Assembly: GCA_002269645.1 (NCBI GenBank)
Contig: NIVC01001463.1
Span: 1-64,000 of the forward strand
DNA length: 64,000 bases
Source: Macrostomum lignano
Lineage: Eukaryota
Direction of reading: 5' to 3'
The notes beneath the pieces are model-generated. The model did not search any database, had not been told where the DNA came from, and saw nothing but the letters and a program-made list of their open reading frames with translations. The position numbers and the translations under genes are program-made. Shown piece after piece: positions 52,845 through 64,000 of this stretch (positions within the stretch are counted from its first letter, which is position 1; the number at the start of each line of letters is the position of its first letter).

Positions 52845-54602
52845 CATCTACGGTATGTAAAAAAACTGCTGTGTTATAACTCTTTTAAAAAAAAAATTTT
52901 TCAATGCATTCCCATAGCTTTATCTCATAACTTATACACGCGAATACGTTTGTAGCTGGTATTGTTTGTTTTACGATTAAATGCAAACAAAATTGAACCG
53001 CATCCTCTGCACCTGCAGCTTCAGCCAGAGCATTGAATTTGCGGCGCTGGATTTATTAAGATACTTGACTCGAAATGCTGAGATTTTAAAGAGTTTTCTT
53101 AACGATAGAAATGAGAGCGTGATAAAACGTATATTTGAAATTGAGATTGCACGGTACAATGATTAAGTAGATATATATATATTACAGCTGTATATTATAC
53201 AAGTCAAGAATCATTTTTTACTTTTGAGTAGCATAATTTGCTGCTCTGTTGGAGACTAAAGTTACTAAAGCAATTCATTCATTTTTGTGTGCCTCCGTTG
53301 GCGCCCTAGCTGGCTCTCACTTTCTCGTTTTGGCGCCAGGGAATAGTCAGTATAGTTTTAGAAGTTCAGCTTCTCTAGATTTTCTAGTCTAGAAGTCCTA
53401 ATTCTTAATTTTTAACCCATGCATGTTTCAACATATTCGAAATGAAAGGGAACTGTTTTCGTGTTTGAATGGTATATTACTGTATGGGTATTAACTGTTA
53501 TCGCGCCATATTTTTTCCTCAGCAAGCTATAGGCTGCGGGATAATTAGAATGAAAGAGTAGGGGAAAGTGGGGCTGCGGGAGCCGAGCCCCGCGGCTGGG
53601 CATTTCAACACATAGGCACTTTTCATTTGATGAAAACGAAGTTCCTTCTGTTTGGTTAGATTAGATAGATCAAACTGCTGTTTGATCAAAATAGGTGAGG
53701 CTATAAAATACATGTAAAAATTCTGTGTTCGGAAAATGAATATTTAAGCAACCCTTTGTGAAGCCTGCACTTTTATGTCTATGGCCTAAACCACAAACTT
53801 TGACAGAACGAGAACTAAACTACTCACAAAGCAGCGGACTGCTTTAATATTCATTTTTACCTTATTGTGTACCTGCATGCTCTGACACAAAATACGACAC
53901 AAAACACAACGTCCTCCAGCAAAGTTGTAAAGAATGCCAAGTATAAAGGCTGATTAAATCATTCGTGTAGCTATTCAATTCAATAGCGCGTTGAAATTTT
54001 CTGTCTTATAGGAGCCTCAAAAAAAGAATTTATGACGTCTTTCTAAAACGTGGGTGTAATTTTACGTAGAGGTGAAAACAATGGTTTTTTAATTTTATAT
54101 ATCTAATGATGAAAATACCTAAATAAAAAACTTGTTGTTAAGTGTTTGTTTACTAATAATTAAATAGCTTAATATTTGTTTTAACTAAAAGCATTTGTTG
54201 TATTCGAATAAAAATGTTTTCAAATTACAAGCAGTTTTTAAAAGCATTTTCATCACTTTTTAACTGTTACTACACTGTCTTAAACGGTACTACTTCTATT
54301 CTAGGAACTTCTTCGTGGAATAGTTGTTTGTTTGGGTAAATAAGTGTGCCAAACCAGGTGACAAAGTTAATGTAAATTTTCAAGTTAACATGTCAATAAA
54401 TTGTACAAATGAAGATCTCATTTGTATAATGACAAACTCTATATTATAGGCCTAATATATTCTACAAGCAGTGAATCTACTACACTACAGCTACAGACAG
54501 TCGACAGTCGGAATGATAATATTCTAAAACTATAGAAGAAAAAGTAACTTTTTATCATTTTTCTACTCTTCTAGCAAACAATTAGTATTCCGCGGATGTA
54601 AG

Positions 54603-55370
54603 TGTGACAGGCCTTTTGGCTCTGTCTTTCTAAACTTCTAACTATTAGTGTTTATTAAATATCCTACGAGCTGCCACCAAAGTTGTTACAGGCCTTTCAC
54701 CTCTTACTTTATCAATTTTAATCCCACCGATTTGCCAACTACAGTTATCCTGATTATACTTGCTTTTACTCCCTAACTATTTCTTAGAATTTCATTTAAA
54801 TATTTCTGGGTAGCGTTCTTAGTAGCGTTTCTGGTAGCGTTCTTAGTAGCGTTTCTGGTAGCTTATGGCTTGCTTTCTGGTAGCGTTCTAGTAGCTTATG
54901 GCCTGAGCGGTCTAGTACTGGTATATGTATTAGTGTATAGTCCTAATCGGGCGTTCACCGAGACTAGAGGGTCACGGCGCCTCTCTTGGTATATCTCCAA
55001 GAATTAGTCCCAATTCCCTTCTCTTAGCAAATTTCTTAGAATCGTTTCACAGGTTTTGCAAATAAATAAGTCGCTATTTAGCTCAAAGACTTTGAAATGG
55101 TTTAGATTGAACTGCTTATTCTGTTCGCAATTATTTGCTCACGAGTAAAAGACAGTTAGAGTATATTTGTCGCAAAACCGCTCCTATATATAGTGATTTT
55201 CCCCACATACGATTAAAACAAAAAAATAATTCTCCAATTTATTTCGCGCATTAAAACAAACTATTATTTGGCGTTCGCGTAGATTCAGTTTCTAAGAAAG
55301 ATTCGAATATACAGTTATTACATTGAAAGAACATTTGAGTATACTATGATAAAGGCATAGCACTAGTACA
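54603..55370 (-). repeat. 3' LTR (768 bp)
   Basis: Direct repeat of 58908-59675. Minus strand reads TGTACTAG...CCTGTCACA. Confidence 0.95.
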
Positions 55371-55371
55371 A

Positions 55372-55383
55372 CTTTCCTCCTCT
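55372..55383 (-). promoter_or_regulatory. Polypurine tract
   Basis: AGAGGAGGAAAG lies 1 nt before the 3' LTR on the minus strand. Confidence 0.8.
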
Positions 55384-55656
55384 ATATATCAAATTTTGAA
55401 CGAAATACTATATTATATGTATACAGTGAAAAATTGATATCGTAGGAAAATGCAGGTGAAAAGGTGCAAAGCAAGGTGCAGAAAACACAATTCAGTGCTA
55501 AAACAATTGGTGCATAAAATGGTTGTGATAGAACTATTATGTAGGTAAACCATTAAAGTGAGAACTATTATGGAAGCAAAACGAACTATTATAAAAGTAT
55601 TATAAAAGGCAAAATTGTTATTAAAGGCAACGCAAAAGTTAGTTCACCTCAATAGT

Positions 55657-56532
55657 TCAGATAAACATGCAGGGCTCCGGGAGGTCGCGATAGTAGGGCC
55701 AGCCGACTTGAGCGAAAAACCATCGGTACTCTTCGTCGAGGACCGTCAGCGCTGGCGGCGGGTTGGCTCTTATAGCTCGCTGGAGGCGATAGGCGACGTC
55801 CTGGAGAACAGCGACAGCTTCCTGGTAACTGAATTGATCCCTCAGAAACTTCAGGTGTGTCCAAATTTGCGAGCATTGGGGGTAGCGCTGTCGGCTGTCG
55901 GATCGGTGGTACGCTACTTTCAGTGCGTATTGCTCAATGTGGAAGCGTAGCTTTTCCACCTCTGCTCCGCGAGTCTCCACAAGTTCTCGGACGATGCGAT
56001 GAAAATCTCTCTGCGAATTCGATTGCTGCTGGCTCGGCTGTAGTGCTGATGGCTGGCTAGACTGCTGCGCTGATTGCAGGCTCGGCTGCAGCGCTGACTG
56101 CTGCGCTGATTGCAGGCTCGGCTGCGACGCTGGCTGCTGAGCTGGCGGTGTCGCAGCTGTCGATTTCTTCTGCCGTGGTGCCGGGGTCTTTCTCGATGAT
56201 GGGGCAGCTGGCGGTGACACCAACTGCTGCGTTCGGCTTGATGTCGACGATCCTGGCGTGGCCTTGACAACATAGGAGCGCACGGGCGCAGCTGCCTGTG
56301 CTGCCACCAGGGCGGCGCGCTTCTGCTCGGGGCCTTCGACCCTCATTTGGCGGCAAGGCGATGAAGCTGGCGATGATGTTCTTGGTCGTTTGCTGGATAC
56401 ACCAGGCGCCTTTGGACGTGTTGCACATCGAAGCGGTGCCTCATTTTCGTCGGTGTTGGGCGCTGGCTGGGGCTCCATATCGTCTGACAGATTGCCAATT
56501 AACTCGTCCAAGATATCAATAGAGTTGTTCAT
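55657..56532 (-). CDS. Unknown 291-aa ORF inside the LTR element
   Basis: Intact ATG-TGA ORF that is markedly more GC-rich than the flanking element sequence. It has an acidic N-terminus, an S/P/Q-rich disordered middle and a ~115-aa predicted helical C-terminal domain. Confidence 0.7.
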   Translation of the reverse strand: MNNSIDILDELIGNLSDDMEPQPAPNTDENEAPLRCATRPKAPGVSSKRPRTSSPASSPCRQMRVEGPEQKRAALVAAQAAAPVRSYVVKATPGSSTSSRTQQLVSPPAAPSSRKTPAPRQKKSTAATPPAQQPASQPSLQSAQQSALQPSLQSAQQSSQPSALQPSQQQSNSQRDFHRIVRELVETRGAEVEKLRFHIEQYALKVAYHRSDSRQRYPQCSQIWTHLKFLRDQFSYQEAVAVLQDVAYRLQRAIRANPPPALTVLDEEYRWFFAQVGWPYYRDLPEPCMFI

Positions 56533-56615
56533 TTTGATTTCTCTGCGAATGGCTCTTAGAATAGAAAGGAAGCTAGCAGTGAGCTATGGGATCTGTGGGG
56601 CCTGCAGGGTGCTCG

Positions 56616-56682
56616 TATTTATAGGCTGGCGGGCCGAAAAACTGGACCTCTTCGAAGCACTTCTCTCGCGCGTGGGGCGGGG
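56616..56682 (-). promoter_or_regulatory. Internal Pol II promoter candidate for the 291-aa ORF
   Basis: On the minus strand, GC box CCCCGCCCC (56682-56674), then CCCGCC, then TATAAATA (56623-56616) about 85 nt upstream of the ATG. An AATAAA lies further upstream near 56750. Confidence 0.55.
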
Positions 56683-56932
56683 CATGCCAGATTTGACAGA
56701 TTTGACAACTAAATTTTTATGGATTTTCTATTTCTTTTTATAACTTTTTTATTTTTTGATAGATTTTCTTGAGTAAAGTATCAAATTAAAGATCGCATTT
56801 TGTAGATTAATATGGTATTTACAGATTCGCTCTATGTACAGCATGTCAAATTTTATAAGCAGATAAGTAATTCTAATACGGAATTTTAACTATTTAACAC
56901 TGTTTCTTATGGGAAATTGCTTACGTCATGAT

Positions 56933-57950
56933 TTAAGGTGCTAAATATTTCGCGTAGCGCCTTCGGGGCACAAATCCTGTCGCGCCTTCTCTTTCTCTCC
57001 TTCGCTGAGTCATCCTAAAGTTATACCTATTCTCTGGCTGAACTCGTTCCTCCTCTAACTCTAATGCTCCTTCTTCTTCTTCTGATGGCTCATCTGAGTC
57101 AGTCGCTCTCTCTGTATTTTCACTGTTTACTTCTTCATTTCCTTCGTTTTCACTCTGCGAATTCGGATCTGCGAATACTCTCCATTGAATTCTGTTTTCT
57201 TCGTCTGAGCTTTCCTCCTCTAAAATTTGAACTTCTGGAATTCTAACTTCTTTTTGTCTATGGCAAATTCTTTTCTTCGGCTTCGGCGGTTCCTTCTTCT
57301 TAGTTGGCACTATTGCTGGTTCTAAATTATCATTATTAATTTCTTCTGGTAAATCAATTTCGGATTTCGGCACTGGAGTCAGATTATTACTGTTTTTCTT
57401 CGAACAATTTTGCAAATTCTCACAGCTTCTCTTCGAAATCTCATCTTCATTTCATCTCATCTCAACTCAACAACTTCTCGACTCAATATCTCAACTCGAC
57501 CCTGACCTCTCGAAAGCTTCTCTGCTGAACTCATGCCAGCTACAGCTCTACTGTCACGGGTCCTACAACTCTTAACAAATTCTCAAATCTCGAATCTCCT
57601 TCCGCTATCTCAGTTTGGCCTCGTCAGTAGAATCATAGAAATTCTGTATTAATCTGCTCTTTAGGCCTTACTGCCCTTCCTTTCCTGCATGGCCTGACTC
57701 TCTGAACCTTTTTTGGCTCTTCTGAAAGCGTCATCGGCCTCTTCTTTCTGCCTTTGGCCAATCCGCAATTGGTCAGCATGCGTAGCTGTCCGCGCGTCAT
57801 GCCAATCTCTGCAATCCAATCTTTTCGACAATTCTCTTCGCACAATTCTGCACAGTTCTCTCAGCATCAACTTCTCGTCAACTTCTCTGAGTAAAATAAT
57901 CTTCCTTCAATGTTTTCAGTCCGAAATTGCAGTTCCCTGGCTTTCCTAAA
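56933..57950 (-). pseudogene. Probable decayed pol C-terminal remnant (post-integrase acidic tail)
   Basis: The 160-aa acidic frame has no ATG and is closed upstream by TGA at 57454-57452. It ends RYNFR...RRR, and there is a faint RVVGPVTVEL motif among multiple stops upstream. Confidence 0.4.
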
Positions 57951-58227
57951 TAAGTTTCTTAGTAAAACGGCCCTTTTAAGGTCAAACGGCCCTTTTAAGG
58001 GTTACCTCCTAAATTTTTAGCTATTTAACGAACTTTAGACGGCTTACTTGGTCAGTACATTGCAGTATGCAGACGAAATACTTCTTAAACAAATATTTTT
58101 TTTTTGGGTTTTCTGAATTTTTTTTATTCGTTTTTATATTTATGCATATATATTTGAAACATATTTACAGATTTGCTTTACAGACACTTTTAATTTGCTG
58201 ATTCGCTTGAGTTCGCTCACTTTCTGA

Positions 58228-58806
58228 TTATGGCGGCTTCTGCTGGGCGTACCGATTGAAGTTGATTCGGCACTGGTGTCCTGCTTGAGGCCTAATGGGT
58301 CCTGGCTGGTTGCAGAAGAAGCAGTGACCAGGTGTCGGCTCTGGCCTGATTCCACTGAATCTGTTCAGGCGGCGCGGTCTTGGTACTGACTGATGCTGCT
58401 GCCCTGTCTTTGGCTCTAGGCTTATGTTCGTTAGCACAATTGACAGAGTCATTAGACACTCTACTAATGCGTCAATCCCTTCTTTCTTGTTCTGCTGCTT
58501 CGGCTCAAATTCTTCGATGATCCTTCGCCTAATCTCCTGGTACTGACTCTGCTCTTTTCTGTGACTGATTCGGCGTTTCAGTCCCTCTGGGATGTTTAGA
58601 TTAGCAAAGAGAGCTTCCTTCTGTTTCTCGCCTGTAATCCCTTGGATTCTGCACTGCTGCTCAAACGTGTTCATCCACTGCCTAATGTTCTGACCAGGTG
58701 TGAACTTTTCTACTTGCACTTCAGCCTCCTTCGATCCTAACTTGAGATGTTTCCTCAGTTCCTCTGCCAGCATGGCGATGGCATCATTAGCCTGATTCTG
58801 ATTCAT
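58228..58806 (-). CDS. Gag-like protein (192 aa) with degenerate zinc knuckle
   Basis: ATG about 90 nt after the PBS. Capsid-like KFTPGQNIRQWMNTFEQQC motif. CFFCNQPGPIRPQ is a CX2CX4H knuckle with His replaced by Pro. Confidence 0.75.
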   Translation of the reverse strand: MNQNQANDAIAMLAEELRKHLKLGSKEAEVQVEKFTPGQNIRQWMNTFEQQCRIQGITGEKQKEALFANLNIPEGLKRRISHRKEQSQYQEIRRRIIEEFEPKQQNKKEGIDALVECLMTLSIVLTNISLEPKTGQQHQSVPRPRRLNRFSGIRPEPTPGHCFFCNQPGPIRPQAGHQCRINFNRYAQQKPP

Positions 58807-58894
58807 CTTCTCTTTACGAAAAACTTTTCAAATTATTCTTCGGAATTCTTCTGAATCTAGCTTTAAGAGTTCGCGCCGTTTCTCTAATCCTTAT

Positions 58895-58905
58895 CGCTGC
58901 CACCA
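58895..58905 (-). promoter_or_regulatory. Primer-binding site, probably tRNA-Leu
   Basis: TGGTGGCAGCG lies 2 nt after the 5' LTR and is complementary to the ...CGCUGCCACCA 3' end of eukaryotic tRNA-Leu(AAG/UAG) (recalled). Confidence 0.8.
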
Positions 58906-58907
58906 GC

Positions 58908-59675
58908 TTTGACAGGCCTTTTGGCTCTGTCTTTCTAAACTTCTAACTATTAGTGTTTATTAAATATCCTACGAGCTGCCACCAAAGTTGTTACAGGCCT
59001 TTCACCTCTTACTTTATCAATTTTAATCCCACCGATTTGCCAACTACAGTTATCCTGATTATACTTGCTTTTACTCCCTAACTATTTCTTAGAATTTCAT
59101 TTAAATATTTCTGGGTAGCGTTCTTAGTAGCGTTTCTGGTAGCGTTCTTAGTAGCGTTTCTGGTAGCTTATGGCTTGCTTTCTGGTAGCGTTCTAGTAGC
59201 TTATGGCCTGAGCGGTCTAGTACTGGTATATGTATTAGTGTATAGTCCTAATCGGGCGTTCACCGAGACTAGAGGGTCACGGCGCCTCTCTTGGTATATC
59301 TCCAAGAATTAGTCCCAATTCCCTTCTCTTAGCAAATTTCTTAGAATCGTTTCACAGGTTTTGCAAATAAATAAGTCGCTATTTAGCTCAAAGACTTTGA
59401 AATGGTTTAGATTGAACTGCTTATTCTGTTCGCAATTATTTGCTCACGAGTAAAAGACAGTTAGAGTATATTTGTCGCAAAACCGCTCCTATATATAGTG
59501 ATTTTCCCCACATACGATTAAAACAAAAAAATAATTCTCCAATTTATTTCGCGCATTAAAACAAACTATTATTTGGCGTTCGCGTAGATTCAGTTTCTAA
59601 GAAAGATTCGAATATACAGTTATTACATTGAAAGAACATTCGAGTATACTATGATAAAGGCATAGCACTAGTACA
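58908..59675 (-). repeat. 5' LTR (768 bp)
   Basis: Direct repeat of 54603-55370. Terminal CA is mutated to AA, and there is one internal substitution at 59641. Confidence 0.95.
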
Positions 59676-60362
59676 TAAGCACAATTTTGGTTATCGATCA
59701 TTTTTATCTAAAAGTTGTCTTTTAGATAATTGATTATTAAATATTAAATTATTAATTAATTATTATTAATTATTATTATTATTATTAATTATTAATTATT
59801 AAATATTAAATATTAAATTTTAATGATCATTAAAATATTGTCTTCTAAAATTGAGAGGGGGATAGCGTGGTACAGATTTCGCTTTGTAACCCCTCTCAAT
59901 TCTCTCTTTAAACAATTCTCTTTGCACTATGTAACGAGTCAGTGAAAGTGGAGGACTCTGTGCTGTGCAAGTGGGGTTTACAATGGCTGCCTTTATTGTC
60001 GCCAGATTGCCTTTTCTGTTTGCATCTCTTACTTCTACACCTTTTTCCATTCTATTTTGGCAAATGTACAATCAAAGTCAAAATCTTTTCATTCAATTCA
60101 GATAGTTTATGGTAGTTCTTGGCTGGACATGCATTTATTTCTGACAAATGTGCTTTCAAAAGCAATAATTTTCAAACAAAGCAAACAAGCTACCACAAGA
60201 AACTGACACTTTGCAATCAATTCCAACAATTGGCTATGAATTGGCTTTTTCTGTCCTAATGTCTATGGCTCATACTGCGAAATTTCCAATCAATTCTGAC
60301 AAATTTCAATCTATTTAAACAAGCTACTTTTTACTTTGGTTGGGACCAGGGCTAGATGCCAT

Positions 60363-62850
60363 GGTCCCAGGTCAATTCGGTGACAAGACATTTCGGTGAC
60401 AACAACTTCGGTGACAACTTGGGACGTTTCGGTGACACCAGTGGTCAATTCGGTGACAAGCTTTTTAGACTTGATTTGACTATTTTTCGTTGTTAAATAT
60501 TAAAATATAGCTGTCACTATAAACTCTTATTAAAGTATTGATGGTTCGTATGCTATCAATTATCATTTTGTTTGAGTGCGTTTCGAGGCATAATCACTTA
60601 TAGCGCGCACTTAATTTTATCCATACTTTTAATTTTTCAACTCAAGTCAACGATCCAATTGATGATTAGCGCCCCTCATACTCATGTTGGCGCCCAAAAC
60701 TTGGACCGACGCCCCCCCTTTCGGCCCCCAAATGAAATTCTAGATCCGCTACTGTATGTGCGCCTCACAGAGTATAGATTACGAGTGTGGGTGAGTTGGC
60801 TTGAAATTATCTTGTAATTAATTTTGGCGCTTATTGACAACTGTCCTATGCGTGTACAGTAAACTTATGGTCGCGGCTCGTGACCATGTCAACATAAACA
60901 CGTACATGTGTATAAATGTAGTCATTTTAGTCCCTTAAAGCCATTTTAAGGGAAGTTCGAAGATTCGCTCCCGATTTCTCACCCGCGAGATTTGTTCTCG
61001 ACTATGAGCAGCCATGCGGTTCGACGCATCTTTCCGCAGGCTGAAGTGCAGGGCTGCAATTTCCACTGGACCCAGGCAGTCTGGCGAAAAGTTCAGAACG
61101 TGGGTCTGCAGCAGTCCTATCGTGATGATGATGGCACAGAACGGTTCGTCCGGAAGTTGATGGCACTGCCGTACCTGCCACGTGACGAGATTAACGAGGT
61201 GTTTGAAAGCCTCCGAGCTTCGCAAGCTGCTCAGGCAGACGAAAGACTGCAGGAACTATGCGAGTACATTGGCAGTACATAGTTGGGCAAAGGCAGCAAC
61301 TGGAAAGCGGATGACATTTGCGTGTTTGGTCAGCCCATCAGGACCAACAACGACCTGGAGGGCTGGCACTATCGCCTAAACCGTAAAGCTGGGAGGCGCA
61401 ACCTCCAGTTCTATCTGTTGCTGCAACTGCTCCACGAGGAAGCTATCCTGGTGCCACTCCAGGCTCACCTGCTGTCCAGAGGGGTACTGCGTCGAGAGCA
61501 GCGGCAAGGGTACCGCACAGTTCAGTCTCGTTTATTTCGCTACTGGGCGGAACATGAACAAGGTACTCGAAGCACTTCGGCGGCTTCTTAAATTCTGTGG
61601 TCGTCTCTTTAATCCGAAGTGACATGACGACTGTGTTGCACCAAAGACTACATATGTACTAGACATATACACTAGACTGTACATGTACTAGAATCGAAGG
61701 CCGGATATTTAGGGAACTATACTACTCGTGTATACCATGTACTCTCGCAGTAGTGCAACTTGAGGGGGGGGGCGAATCATTCGCTTGGTCCCCTTTGATT
61801 TTTTCCGGTGTCCCCCGAAGGAGGGGCAACCGCCCCCCCCCCCGGTTGCGCCACTGTTACTCATTCTAATTCGTGTACTCATTATATTAAATACTGTACT
61901 GTACATGTTGTGTCGACTTGTGTTGACGCCTTTTTTGGTGCAAATATGTTTACTGCTTAGTTCTCTGTCCTTATTAAAATACACTGCTAAATAGCTGAAC
62001 TATCGTTCAGCTCATTATACTATCGATTCATATACTTGCACTGCACTGTAACTAACTGCTTTGAAATAGCTTGATTTAGAAACCACAATAAATTTGTTTA
62101 CGAAAATTAGACACCAAGAAGAAGCTATAGCTTTTGACTATACATCAAAGGGGGGAGCTGGGGGCGGGGGGCGCGGTCGGTTCAAGTTTTGGGCGCCAAC
62201 ATGAGTATGAGGGGCGCTAATTTATTTTAAGCTAGGGGTGCAAAAATGCGTGTAGGAGGCGAAAAATCTAGTTTAAATGGTGCTCAATAAGTTTTTGGGT
62301 TAATAAGTTTTTAGGTTTTAGGGGGCTCAATAAGTTCTATCAAGCTCTATCCGCGGGTCCGCCCCTATTGGCGCCCCTTGCCTTTAGTCCCTGAATTAGC
62401 ACATAACATATATTACAGTCATAAGCTACGCTATAGGTATACAGTTGTTTTCTAAACTCGTTCAATGGCTTTTAAGACGTACATGTACATGTACATCTAC
62501 AATACATGTACATGTAGTAGATGTAGTACAAAAAATCGAATCATCAATTGGATCGTTGACAGTTGATTTGAGTTGAAAAATTAAAAGTATGGATAAAATT
62601 AAGTGCGCGCTATAAGTGATTATGCCTCGAAACGCACTCAAACAAAATGATAATTGATAGCATACGAACCATCAATACTTTAATAAGAGTTTATAGTGAC
62701 AGCTATATTTTAATATTTAACAACGAAAAATAGTCAAATCAAGTCTAAAAAGCTTGTCACCGAATTGACCACTGGTGTCACCGAAACGTCCCAAGTTGTC
62801 ACCGAAGTTGTTGTCACCGAAATGTCTTGTCACCGAATTGACCTGGGACC
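60363..62850 (+). mobile_element. Internally deleted MULE (Mutator/Phantom-like) with sub-repeat TIRs
   Basis: 8-bp TSD GATGCCAT at 60355-60362 and 62851-62858. Near-perfect ~305-bp TIRs containing five TTCGGTGACA subrepeats. An inner TIR extension pairs 60666-60715 with 62165-62220. Confidence 0.9.
60933..61591 (+). pseudogene. MULE transposase C-terminal fragment
   Basis: FVLDYE, frameshift, then AVRRIFPQAEVQGCNFHWTQAVWRK and RTNNDLEGWHYRLN. In-frame TAG (probably from TGG) at 61280-61282. The N-terminal half is missing. Confidence 0.88.
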
Positions 62851-63145
62851 GATGCCATAGACACATCATGGAAAGAAACTTGGAGATTCAGAACACCCAT
62901 AGATAGATTTAGCCTTGCATATATACTTCTGTACTTTTGCAATGAACAGAAACAAAAGTTTTTTCCAACTATTGAAGTTAGATAGGGCCATGACTCAATG
63001 CCATAGATATATCATGAAAAAAAATTTTGAAATTTAAGTATAGGTACCATTTCATTTGACAGAATGAAGCATACATATAGGAGCTACTGTAGCCTTTTGA
63101 ATCAAATTGTATTGTACAGAAGAAGACCTCAAGAATATGCTCATA

Positions 63146-63410
63146 ATGCCAAATGCAAAAGTGAGTAACAACAATTGGTAGAGGCTCATTGATGCACACA
63201 TAAATAGAGACGATTTTGTGCATCTTGCTTTAGCAATGGGCATCAAGCAAACAACTATGTATACAATTGTGAAAAGTGGAAGGCCAGCTAAAATGCCAAA
63301 AAAGGTCCTAAGCATGTTAGCATGTGAGAGTGGATCAAGAGATGTTGGATTTTCTTGAAGAGTTGATTCAAGTTAACCCCTATATTACTCTAGCCGAACT
63401 GAAGACTGGC
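63146..63410 (+). pseudogene. Tc1-like transposase N-terminal HTH relic
   Basis: MPNAKVSNNNW*RLIDAHINRDDFVHLALAMGIKQTTMYTIVKSGR, then in another frame VDQEMLDFLEELIQVNPYITLAELK. No DDE domain. Confidence 0.55.
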
Positions 63411-64000
63411 CTTCATGCTTGCTTTTCTGAAAAACCCAAAGTAGCAATGTAGTATGTACTCCAATAGCTTGTCTAAATAGATTGAAATTTGTTGGAATTG
63501 ATTAGAAATTTTGCAGTATGAGCCATAGATAGGAAGACAGAAAAAGCCAATTCATAGCCAACTGTTGGAATTGATTGTAAATTGTTTGAATTGATTACAA
63601 AGTGTCAGTTTCTTGTGGTAGCTTGTTTGCTTTGTTTGAAAATTGTTGCTTTTGAAAGCACATTTGTCGGAATTGAATGCACATTTAGCTAAGAACTACC
63701 ATAAACTGTCTGAATTGAATGAAAAGATTTTGACTTTGATTGCACGTTTGCCAAAATAGAATGGAAAAAGGTATATACACTTTGTTATAGGCCTACTCCA
63801 TAGGCCTATCAGTTATACGCTATACAACACAGTTGACAAATAAAAAGTTGACAAGTTTACCTAGATCTGTTCAAGTGGGGGCCTCTTGAGACAGAGAAAT
63901 AGGCCTATAGTGCTATAGGCCTAGTTTCAGAATGTGGTTAATTTTTGGGGCAATTTTTGTTTAAATGATTGTCTTCTGAAACTGAAATAGGCCTAGTATA

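Larger units (their letters stand above)
54603..59675 (-). mobile_element. Young non-autonomous Ty3/Gypsy-type LTR retroelement (gag, decayed pol tail, extra ORF)
   Basis: 768-bp LTRs with only 2 differences seen. TG...CA ends and 4-bp TSD TAAG (54599-54602, 59676-59679). PBS TGGTGGCAGCG and PPT AGAGGAGGAAAG present. No RT, RNase H or integrase core found. Confidence 0.92.
60038..63773 (+). mobile_element. Old Tc1/mariner-IS630-like element with ~290-bp TIRs, interrupted by a MULE
   Basis: Diverged inverted repeats at 60038-60326 and 63465-63773, flanked by TA on both sides. Confidence 0.7.

Noticed and set aside
55657-56532. Env gene interpretation of the 3' ORF
   Set aside because: No signal peptide, transmembrane helix or fusion-protein features.

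Overview
Eukaryotic (animal) genomic DNA with GC-rich exons and minisatellite-filled introns. The style suggests a flatworm such as Macrostomum, but that is inference only. Bases 1-37.5 kb hold the 3' 31 exons of a hemicentin gene on the + strand (end of the N-terminal region, 28 Ig, 6 TSP1, G2F, 5 EGF, fibulin C-terminus; about 3,700 aa reconstructed). Most of its introns carry their own private tandem repeat. One intron holds a full-length antisense LOA/Lian-type LINE (12-bp TSD, TAATG-coupled ORFs, one homopolymer frameshift). Downstream are large satellites, a possible small minus-strand gene fragment and a brainiac-like GT31 glycosyltransferase. Next is a very young pol-less Gypsy-type LTR element. 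It has a PBS-like duplicate inside each LTR and an intact, GC-rich, unexplained 291-aa ORF with its own GC-box/TATA promoter, which is the strongest novelty candidate. The window ends in a nest of DNA transposons (Tc1-like relic > MULE > MITE relics). No CRISPR array, rRNA or functional tRNA was found.
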